DNA of 8,761 bases from Amoeboradix gromovi X-113 (GCA_018985225.1 JADGIF010000426.1:1-8761), one strand, 5' to 3'. Positions 1-7,249 are shown, counted from the stretch's first letter. Made by a program: numbers and translations. Notes: generated by a model not told the origin, from the sequence alone.

Positions 1-77
1 CAACTCCGCAACTAGCTGAATGTCCACTCGCCTCTCGAATCCATAAAATTAATAAAGCTGAAATAATGTTCCAATTT

Positions 78-121
78 GTCACAGAAAGTTAGTCCAGTCG
101 TTACAGAAAGTTAGTCCAGTC
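78..121. repeat. 2 x 22-bp tandem repeat overlapping the inner part of a putative transposon terminal inverted repeat
   Basis: GTCACAGAAAGTTAGTCCAGTC (78-99) and GTTACAGAAAGTTAGTCCAGTC (100-121), 21/22 identical. Confidence 0.9.
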
Positions 122-138
122 TTTATATTTGATGTCCC
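109..138 (-). mobile_element. Putative DNA transposon terminal inverted repeat (end of an element extending toward or past the left edge; Merlin-like GGGAC terminus)
   Basis: Reverse complement GGGACATCAAATATAAAGACTGGACTAACT matches 8603-8632 (GGGACACCAAATATAAAAACTAGACTAACT) at 27/30. The family call rests only on the GGNRM terminal motif. Confidence 0.65.
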
Positions 139-278
139 GTGTGTAAAATTGTACAAAATTATGTGACTGATCAAAAACAGTGTGTTTTTGGGAAACTTAA
201 ATTAGTTGCCTGCGGTTGATTGTGCTGCAATTCTGATAAGAATTTTAATTCTATTTTATTTGTTATCGCATTTAAGAA

Positions 279-705
279 ATGTCGTCAAGGCTATGCACCA
301 CCAAAGATGAACTTGCATAGAAATAGAGAGAAAGCGTGCACATAAGTTTCACAGATGTATTAAAAGATTATTTCAGCGATGCCTAAGCTGCAAATTTGCC
401 TTCGGAATTAGAAAAGATTGTTAATAATGTGACCCATATCATCCCACTCTTATAATTTTAAATGATAAAGGGTGAAAGACCAAGTTGGCAGGGTAAAAGC
501 GGGTCTAATTGCAAGTGATAAGTTACTTGGTTATTTAGTAAAATTAGTTTTGTTTAGTTTTACATGTGGTGAAGCAATGGCATCGATAGAAACACTGTAA
601 TGTGTTTAGCGTTCTAAATGCTTTTTTAAGAAATTGTCAAAATATTATAAGTGCATTCTTGAGAGATCAGAGACCTGCACGATGCAGCCATTTACAACAG
701 CTTAA
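279..705 (+). pseudogene. Possible decayed coding sequence of unknown family
   Basis: ATG at 279 has the same AAGAA-ATG context as the ATP3 and Rec8 starts. It is followed by protein-like stretches (ESVHISFTDVLKDYFSDA*AANLPSELEKIVNNVTHIIPLL*; VKAGLIASDKLLGYLVKLVLFSF) broken by stops and a frameshift. No domain recognised. Confidence 0.2.
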
Positions 706-823
706 TCTAATATTGCAACAAAATGGTTCTTTCTAAACATTGAAAGTAAATTGCAACTAAACCTGGCGTGATAATTAATGAGACTTTTACTTTAAGCTAG
801 GAATTAATAATGAGCCTATTGTG

Positions 824-1677
824 TTAAGCTCTAGCGTCGTTCGATGAAAGCTTTAGTTTGATACTCATGTTCTCTTTTTTCGGGGAATTAAGTTGGGCTG
901 TATCTGGAGAATCGCAGTCGTTCTCGATAATACCTCGAAGTAGAAGTAAATTGCGAGACAGAAAGCTAGTTTGTTGTGGGTAAGGATACGACTCGTCAGT
1001 ATTATATGCAATGGTAGCCCTTTGAAATCTCTCAAAAAATACAATCATTTGATCGTCAGTATCCATTTGCCTGCTTTCCTCAGTTTGTGTTCTAGCGCGT
1101 TTCGAGAGCTGTGCTAATTTAACAAGAAATACCCTCTGTTTGTTTAAATTGGTGCATTGCAATTAGATCTTCAAAAGGCTTAGACCGTCCAAGTACGACT
1201 CTTTTCATAGCTACAGAATGATTCTTGCAAGTTATTGCGCGGAAACAGGGTCCAATTTCTGTGATTACACCACAATTTGTGTCAAGGTTCAACACCCGAG
1301 ATTTTTTCGATTTCTTGCTGCCACTTGAGGGCCTTTTTCTTTTCAGAGGAATTTTCATCGGGCTATTAATTGAAATGTTACTGAGGTCCTTTTTGGGAAG
1401 TTCGTAACTAAAGTCTTCATCCGCCTTGAAATCCTCAGGTATTTCAACAATAAGTTCCTGATCTGAAATCTTGTTATAGACTTTCCTGCATTTGTCAAAA
1501 TGTTCTACAAATCTTTTGGGATGAATTACCTTCATTACAGAGAAATACCTTTAAACAGACATTACATTTAACATACTCTCTTTGCAAGAATGGCACAAGT
1601 AGTTCATCATCGTTGGCTTCAGCTTCCTCTAATGGCAGTGGAGCTAAGTTGAACGTTGATAGAAAATCCTGAGACAT
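824..1677 (-). CDS. SGF73: SAGA deubiquitination-module subunit Sgf73/ataxin-7 homolog, 271 aa; exons 1677-1549, 1529-1133, 1113-824
   Basis: Removing two 19-nt GT-AG introns joins three listed ORFs in frame. Splicing rebuilds the N-terminal zinc finger CNVCLK|VIHPKRFVEHFDKC (C-x2-C-x11-H-x3-C). SCA7 domain: LDTNCGVITEIGPCFRAITCKNHSVAMKRVVLGRSKPFEDLI. Basic NLS-like PLKRKR. Confidence 0.9.
1114..1132 (-). other. 19-nt spliceosomal intron (SGF73 intron 2, phase 1)
   Basis: GTATTTCTTGTTAAATTAG. Removal gives KQTE-A-QLSKRAR and joins ORF 1119..1535 to ORF 824..1162. It contains an in-frame TAA if retained. Confidence 0.8.
1530..1548 (-). other. 19-nt spliceosomal intron (SGF73 intron 1, phase 0)
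   Basis: GTATTTCTCTGTAATGAAG. Removal restores the zinc-finger spacing C-x2-C-x11-H. Confidence 0.88.
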
Positions 1678-1756
1678 TCTGAGGGGAAATTCCAGCCAAG
1701 ATTAAAATTGAAACTATCAAAACTGTTATTTTTAACAAGATATATCGCTACAATCT

Positions 1757-1763
1757 CACGTAA
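1757..1763 (-). promoter_or_regulatory. Candidate promoter motif TTACGTG ~80 nt upstream of SGF73
   Basis: The same heptamer occurs on the coding strand upstream of Rec8 (7250-7256) and of the 165-aa ORF (2511-2517). Confidence 0.3.
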
Positions 1764-1861
1764 ACACGCCTGCAAAGTTGAGAGATTTTTGGATTTTCTC
1801 TCAAAAAAGCTGACCTGCAACGGAAATTAAAGTTTAAGAAGTATTTTAAAGCGCTTGACAT

Positions 1862-2359
1862 TTATTTGCTTACTTTTTTAATAATTTGATCATATTGAGC
1901 TTTTAATCTGGCTATTTCTGAAAATCCATCCAGAACACCTCTTAATGTGTACAAATATATGTCACTTTGTCCGACAAGCTTTAGTAAATCATTGTTTATA
2001 CTCTCCTTATCCAAAAAGAAGTCCACTAATCTCCAAAGTCTTTCGTTTCTTTGCACTTCCTTGCGGTATATTTCATAAATCCGGTGTTGCACTATTTTGG
2101 TATGTTGCTCGCACATCCTCCTATCCTCACTGATATTATACATCAGATGCACGATGTTTGTGGGAAATGCGTTATCTGTAACATCTTCTGGTTGATAAAA
2201 TGCAAATTCCTTTGTTTGAATCTTGTTATAATGACTATAAATTTCCTCGCAATAGCTGCTGTTAGGATTATATGGCACTGTACCGGTTATTTTGTTCCCT
2301 CTATTGTTTGGTTTATATCGAACATCAGCCACAACCCAATCAATAACTTTTGTGTTCAT
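1862..2359 (-). CDS. Hypothetical protein, 165 aa
   Basis: Uninterrupted ORF filling the gap between SGF73 and DHX16, with soluble globular-like composition and a helical-looking C-terminus. No family recognised. Start uncertain. Confidence 0.6.
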   Translation of the reverse strand: MNTKVIDWVVADVRYKPNNRGNKITGTVPYNPNSSYCEEIYSHYNKIQTKEFAFYQPEDVTDNAFPTNIVHLMYNISEDRRMCEQHTKIVQHRIYEIYRKEVQRNERLWRLVDFFLDKESINNDLLKLVGQSDIYLYTLRGVLDGFSEIARLKAQYDQIIKKVSK

Positions 2360-2510
2360 ACTTTTCCGACGAAATGTTTCAAAAAAAAAGCTTACCGCCT
2401 GAAAAGAATGACGCAGAAGCCGTTATCGTTTACATAACTAAGCGGATGATCTACTAGAGCAACCATTCGCTAAGTTCAAATAGATACTGGCTTTTTCTGG
2501 AAATATCTCC

Positions 2511-2517
2511 CACGTAA
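2511..2517 (-). promoter_or_regulatory. Candidate motif TTACGTG in the short divergent intergenic region
   Basis: CACGTAA on the + strand immediately before the DHX16 ATG, within a 159-nt divergent spacer (2360-2518). Confidence 0.25.
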
Positions 2518-2518
2518 C

Positions 2519-5185
2519 ATGCAAAATATCATTTCGGACCATCTTTTAGACACTATTGGAATCTCAGAGAAATCTATAGTTGACTCTTTGATCAGCCTAA
2601 AAAAATCATCAATGGCCGATATATATTCCCACCTGCAAACACTCTGTTATCCGTCTGATAAAATTCAAAAAACTGCAGATTTCCTACAGAACTTGTTTAA
2701 CCCTGTTCAGGAGGCTCAAATCCCCACCAAATTGGTCAAAGAAGTAGATGTTAGGCTAAAGTCTCGCCAAGAGTATCTAAAGAAGCGAGAGACTAAACAA
2801 TTAGCGTACCTTAAATACAAAATTAACAAGCAGGCTTCAAATATAGCGCCCAATGAGATGGAGTTTAACAGAAGGGTGGTTGAATTGATTGAAAACAGAA
2901 AAGATGTTGAGCAACAAATATCAGAGGTTAATCAAGGCTATGCCATGCCTGATGAATACTCGGAAGCAGATATGAAGAATGCTTTAAAAGGAAAGTCGAA
3001 AGTCCTGGGTGCTTCCTTTGACAAGATTATGGATTGGGAAGAAATGCAGTTGAGCAAAGCTGCAAACGCTAAAACCGAACAACCTGATGACTATGATTAT
3101 TTGTTTGATCCTGATGAACAGATTGCCTTCCTTTTAGCAACTCAATTAAATGACGATTCTGCTAAAGATGACACCGTTGATAGCATGCAGAAAGTTCAAG
3201 AGTCTCTTCCTATCTTCAAATATAAAAATGAAATTATTAAAACTGTAAAAAACAACAGCACTACCATACTTGTGGGTCAAACAGGCAGCGGAAAATCTAC
3301 TCAAACCCCTCAGTACCTATTGGAATCCGCTAGCTTCCCGGGATTAATTGCCGTTACTCAGCCACGTAGAGTTGCCTGCCAATCATTAGCGGCACGCGTT
3401 GCCAAGGAAATGGATGTTGCACTCGGTAAAGAGGTTGGATATACAATTAGATTTGAGGATCGCACTAGCTTTTCCACAAAAATCAAGTTTTTAACTGATG
3501 GAGTTATATTAAAGAACATTCAAGATGATCCTACTTTAAGTCAATTTTCAGTTATTATAATAGACGAGGCCCATGAGCGTACAACTAACACAGATATTTT
3601 GTTGGGTTTATTAAAAGAGATATTAACTATACGCAAGGATTTAAAAATCATCATTTCATCTGCAACTTTAGACGCTGATAAGTTCTCCAAATTCTTTGAT
3701 AATGCACCAATATTGAATGTTCCTGGTAAGACATATCCTATAGACGTTTATTATACACAAGCGCCAGAAGCTAATTATGTATCAGCTACAATAAGTACAA
3801 TTATGCAAATACATATATCGCAGCCACTTCCGGGCGATATTTTATGCTTCTTGACTGGACAAGAAGAAATTGAATCATGTCTGGAGATACTAAATGACAT
3901 ATCCAAAAAATTAGGTAACAAAATCAAAGAAATGCTGGTATATCCAATTTATGCATCGCTACCCAGCGAACAGCAAATCAAGATATTTATTCCTACTCCT
4001 GCAAATTCACGTAAAATAGTGCTGGCTACTAACATTGCGGAGACCAGTTTAACCATCGATGGTATAACTAGTGTAATTGATTGCGGATTACAGAAGGAAA
4101 TGTCATATACTGCTAAAACAGACTCGAGTCAATTGCAAATAGTCCCCACGAGTAAGGATGCCGCGAACCAACGAGCTGGCAGGGCAGGTAGAACTCAGCA
4201 TGGCAAATGCTATAGGTTGTATACAAAATGGGCTTATGAGAACGAAATGAGTGAGCACGCTACACCCGAAATAAATAAGATAAACTTAGCTAATGTCTGC
4301 CTATTACTGAAATCACTAGGAGTTGACCAAATTGCGTCATTTCCTTTTATTGACACTCCACCGCTGAACTCGATACAAAAATCAATAGAATTACTACAAT
4401 CTTTAAATGCGTTAGACTCTAATGAATTACTAACAAGAGAAGGCAAAAGAATGGCTGAATTACCCTTAGACCCTAAAATGGCAAAGGTTTTGTTAAACAG
4501 TACTAATTTCGAGTGCAGTGAGGATGTTTGTAGTATTGTCGCATTGCTGACAATTAATTCTCCAATATTCCTAAGACCTCGAAATAAGTCAGAGGATGCA
4601 GACATGTCCAAGAAGGCATTTTCAGATCCAAGTGGTGACCATTTAACTCTTTTAAATGTTTACAATCAGTTTCAAGATTCGAACTTCAATAAGCAATGGT
4701 GCTATGAGAGATTTGTTAACTACAAGTCCTTAAATAATGCTAGAGATGTTAGGCAACAATTGTTAAGGCTTGTTAACAATTCTTCTACCTCAACCTCATC
4801 ATCTGTTGGCAATCTGGGAAAATCGGAAATAATCTTGAAATCATTTCTGAGCGGCTATTTTAGTAACATATGTAGACTAACAAGCGATGGATCCTTATAC
4901 AAACATTTTCAGCAAGATAGGACTGCGTTAATACATCCATCTAGCAGTTTGTATGTTAATTTAACGCAGGTGAAAGACGAAGACGATGGTAAAATGTACA
5001 AAAAACCCAAGTGGGTATTGTACAATGAGCTCATGTTAACTAGCAAGGAATATATGAGAATAGTAAGTACTTTTAACCCTAATTGGATTGTGCAAGTGAC
5101 TTCAATAAGGCAAGAAGTGATTGATGCAGCTGAGGGTCTAAAAAGAAGACATAAAAGCACTGGATCGTTTTTTGATAACAAGTAA
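2519..5185 (+). CDS. DHX16: Pre-mRNA splicing DEAH-box helicase DHX16/Prp2/Cdc28, 888 aa, no introns
   Basis: Helicase motifs GQTGSGKST, TQPRRVA, DEAHER, SAT, FLTGQEEIE, LATNIAETSLTIDG and QRAGRAGR. HA2 (GKRMAELPLDP) and OB-fold (IHPSS...PKWVLYNELMLTSKEYMR) regions present. N-terminal RLKSRQEYLKKRE and WEEMQL segments are typical of DHX16/Cdc28 rather than Prp22, Prp16 or Prp43. Confidence 0.92.
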   Translation: MQNIISDHLLDTIGISEKSIVDSLISLKKSSMADIYSHLQTLCYPSDKIQKTADFLQNLFNPVQEAQIPTKLVKEVDVRLKSRQEYLKKRETKQLAYLKYKINKQASNIAPNEMEFNRRVVELIENRKDVEQQISEVNQGYAMPDEYSEADMKNALKGKSKVLGASFDKIMDWEEMQLSKAANAKTEQPDDYDYLFDPDEQIAFLLATQLNDDSAKDDTVDSMQKVQESLPIFKYKNEIIKTVKNNSTTILVGQTGSGKSTQTPQYLLESASFPGLIAVTQPRRVACQSLAARVAKEMDVALGKEVGYTIRFEDRTSFSTKIKFLTDGVILKNIQDDPTLSQFSVIIIDEAHERTTNTDILLGLLKEILTIRKDLKIIISSATLDADKFSKFFDNAPILNVPGKTYPIDVYYTQAPEANYVSATISTIMQIHISQPLPGDILCFLTGQEEIESCLEILNDISKKLGNKIKEMLVYPIYASLPSEQQIKIFIPTPANSRKIVLATNIAETSLTIDGITSVIDCGLQKEMSYTAKTDSSQLQIVPTSKDAANQRAGRAGRTQHGKCYRLYTKWAYENEMSEHATPEINKINLANVCLLLKSLGVDQIASFPFIDTPPLNSIQKSIELLQSLNALDSNELLTREGKRMAELPLDPKMAKVLLNSTNFECSEDVCSIVALLTINSPIFLRPRNKSEDADMSKKAFSDPSGDHLTLLNVYNQFQDSNFNKQWCYERFVNYKSLNNARDVRQQLLRLVNNSSTSTSSSVGNLGKSEIILKSFLSGYFSNICRLTSDGSLYKHFQQDRTALIHPSSSLYVNLTQVKDEDDGKMYKKPKWVLYNELMLTSKEYMRIVSTFNPNWIVQVTSIRQEVIDAAEGLKRRHKSTGSFFDNK

Positions 5186-5373
5186 TCTTTTACTTCCATA
5201 GCTCGATTGTTTTCTTGAATAAATCATTTATCGCGAATTTGTGTACATTTTTTTATAATTTCAAGGCTTTACCAGATTTTTCTAATAGCTCAAGTACTCG
5301 ATATTCTTCATGAAATCAATGAATGTAATCCTGAACATGTCAAATCTAAAGAAATAACTAGCAGGTACAGCAT

Positions 5374-5701
5374 ACAAAGACATATGATCTTATACTCGTC
5401 ATCGTTCAATACTAGTCAAATGATAAGTACCTTGTCGAGCAAGGTCGCAAGAAACATGGCTACAATGTGCCATTGCGCATTCAAGGAACGCTTGAAGTTC
5501 AAGTGTAAGCAAAGAGGAAAGATGATAATCGAATATAATGAAGCATTTACTAGTCAGACATGTACGAGGTATGGTACTCTAAAGAAAGCCAATTTAGAAA
5601 CCTGAACCTGTACAAAGTGTCATTTGAAGATAGATAGAGACCATATGGCACCAAGGAACATACACATCAAGTATATGCATCCTTATTCAATCCCGCCTTA
5701 G
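5374..5701 (+). pseudogene. Fanzor2 / IS607-TnpB-like RNA-guided nuclease, 5'-truncated pseudogene (copy 1)
   Basis: With a frameshift near 5400 and read-through of TGA 5603-5605: TKTYDLILV/SFNTSQMISTLSSKVARNMATMCHCAFKERLKFKCKQRGKMIIEYNEAFTSQTCTRYGTLKKANLET*TCTKCHLKIDRDHMAPRNIHIKYMHPYSIPP*. It contains RuvC-II E (NEAFTS), a zinc finger CTRY(degenerate)...CTKC and RuvC-III DRDxxAxRNI. RuvC-I is absent. Confidence 0.9.
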
Positions 5702-5802
5702 GGTAGTGAAAATGTGACCAATCACTGTAATGGAGATCTAGCATTGCTAGTTTCTCTGTGGAAATTCTCGATTTTCTCGGAAATCAGGTCTTTTAACGAG
5801 GA
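5680..5802 (+). ncRNA. Putative omegaRNA scaffold / element right end, copy 1
   Basis: Overlaps the ORF 3' end. 5749-5802 is 45/54 identical, ungapped, to 7101-7154. Hairpins AGTTTC/GAAATT and CTCGATTTT/GAAATCAGG, possible closing helix TCCTTATT/AACGAGGA. Homology stops after GAGGA. Confidence 0.7.
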
Positions 5803-5829
5803 GTAATGCCATTTAATAAAATCCTTAAT

Positions 5830-6665
5830 TTATTCAAGGGCTGAAGCACCGGTAACAATATCACACAATTCATTGGTAATTGCTGCTTGTCTACCTCTAT
5901 TATACTTCAAAGACAAGTTGTCAATCATATCGCCAGCATTCTTTGTAGCATTCTCCATGGAAGTACGACGGGAACCAATTTCAGCAGCATGACCTTCGCA
6001 CATCATAGCATACAGCTAAATTAGTATATTAATACCTTGGATGCATATAGGAATTCAGCTGCGTTTTGAAAGCTTTCGTCCTCATTTTCGTACTTACCGA
6101 GGTCCACATTTCTGATCTTCTCTGGCGTCGGCAACTCAACAGCAGTAGTCTCGAATGAAATTACAGATTTGAACTGGTTGTAAACAGCTTTGTGTGTTAG
6201 CCCTTTTAACTTATCATCACTCAGCAACGTGTTTGCGATGGACAATGCTTCATCAAACAATGGAACTTCTTTTCCTATTTGATTAAACGAATAAACAATT
6301 TTGTTACGATGCTCCCTGGATAATTGCACTTTTGCTTTATCGCCAAGAGCTACAATATGACTTGAAGCTTTAGCATTCTTTTTAATGAATTTAGAAATGG
6401 AGGAATGAACACCGCCGCAAAGACCTCTATCAGATGTTAGACCTATAAAAACAGTGTCAGTATCTCCCGGTAGCTGAATGTTCTTTCCAACTTCTGTTTG
6501 AGCAGCACCAACGACTTTCGCTACTTCCATTGCTCTACGAGCCCTAGTTAATTTAGTTGTTGCAATCATCTTCATAGACTTTGTAATCTTCTCGATATTT
6601 TTAATTGACTTTAAACGCAGTTGAATGTCCTTTAGTGTTGCGTAGCGAACTGGAGTTGCTAGCAT
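5830..6665 (-). CDS. ATP3: Mitochondrial F1 ATP synthase subunit gamma, 271 aa; exons 6665-6036, 6015-5830
   Basis: [27 protein letters not shown] and [12 protein letters not shown]. After a 20-nt intron it continues [61 protein letters not shown], the gamma-subunit C-terminal signature. Confidence 0.97.
6016..6035 (-). other. 20-nt spliceosomal intron (ATP3, phase 0)
   Basis: GTATTAATATACTAATTTAG with a TACTAAT branch-like site. Removal is required to reach the conserved C-terminal helix. Confidence 0.93.
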
Positions 6666-6920
6666 TTCTTAAAACAGGAGAATTTTTGAAAATAATTTAG
6701 ATGTCATTAAAGGTTGGGACTTCAATTGAATTAATCAATTATCATGATAAATAATTTTTATTGTTTGAATAAAAGTGCTTTTCTCTAATTTTCTTGTTAG
6801 AGTAAAAATAGAAAAAATAATACTTTCAATCTGACAAATGGCTTTACGATATCCAATTTAGCAAAATTCTTCAAATCAAGAGCATCGTTATCCAACTTAT
6901 AATTCAATCTTCGAAATCCA

Positions 6921-7052
6921 GAAACAGTTCAAAATGAAAACATAGTATATAGGATGAGGGAAGGAATGATCAATTTGGTGGTAGACAGAGAACATATGGC
7001 CAACATAAGCAATTATTTGAAGCACAAGTATCCTGGTTCAATCCCACCATAG
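6921..7052 (+). pseudogene. Second Fanzor2/TnpB-like relic (copy 2), probably internally deleted
   Basis: 6972-7052 encodes NLVVDREHMANISNYLKHKYPGSIPP*, colinear without gaps to HLKIDRDHMAPRNIHIKYMHPYSIPP* of copy 1 (54/81 nt). Upstream KQFKMK/IVYRMREGMINLV resembles the basic helix that precedes NLVD in Fanzor2. The 5' boundary is uncertain. Confidence 0.8.
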
Positions 7053-7154
7053 CGTAATGGAAGAGTGGGCAGCCATCTTTACGGAAGGAGTGGATTTATC
7101 AGTTTCTCTGTGGAAATTCTTGATATTTTAGGACATCAGGACTTTCGATGAGGA
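7031..7154 (+). ncRNA. Putative omegaRNA scaffold / element right end, copy 2
   Basis: Same hairpin architecture as copy 1: AGTTTC/GAAATT, CTTGATATT/GACATCAGG and closing TCCTGGTT/GATGAGGA. Ends at GAGGA. Confidence 0.68.
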
Positions 7155-7249
7155 AACATACATCAAAGGAATATTCAAATTGAACAGTGAAATATTTATT
7201 ATTACAAATGATCAGGCCCAACGATAACCACCGTGTAATCTTATAGAGA

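Noticed and set aside
1-77. Signal-peptide-like frame on the - strand (NIISALLILWIREASGHS)
   Set aside because: No start codon before the upstream stop, and it lies inside the putative transposon end.
78-121. Repeat as a CRISPR array
   Set aside because: Two directly adjacent units, no spacer, eukaryotic context.
1537-1545. TTTCTCTGT shared between SGF73 intron 1 and the omegaRNA hairpin
   Set aside because: A 9-nt pyrimidine-rich match is expected by chance.
2361-2395. 35-nt GTAAGC...AAAG intron that would join an upstream exon (ATG 2466, MVALVDHPLSYVNDNGFCVILFRR) in frame to the 165-aa ORF
   Set aside because: In frame, but it lacks the TAA at -8..-6 and the 19-20 nt length of the four supported introns, and no homology supports it. 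Left unannotated pending RNA-seq.
5219-5373. Open frame continuing upstream of the Fanzor fragment (SRLYQIFLIAQVLDILHEINEC...)
   Set aside because: No ATG and no Fanzor motifs. Fanzor similarity switches to another frame upstream of ~5400.
279-6671. Alternative genetic code (TAA/TAG = Gln), suggested by in-frame stops at 279-705 and upstream of ATP3
   Set aside because: ATP3 and REC8 end at TAA exactly where homologs end, and the 888-codon DHX16 has no internal TAA/TAG.
7151-7168. Copy 2 flank AGGAAACATACATCAAAG resembles copy 1 coding sequence AGGAACATACACATCAAG (~5654-5671), hinting at a guide against the other element
   Set aside because: Needs gaps and is low-complexity A/C-rich sequence, so it is consistent with chance.
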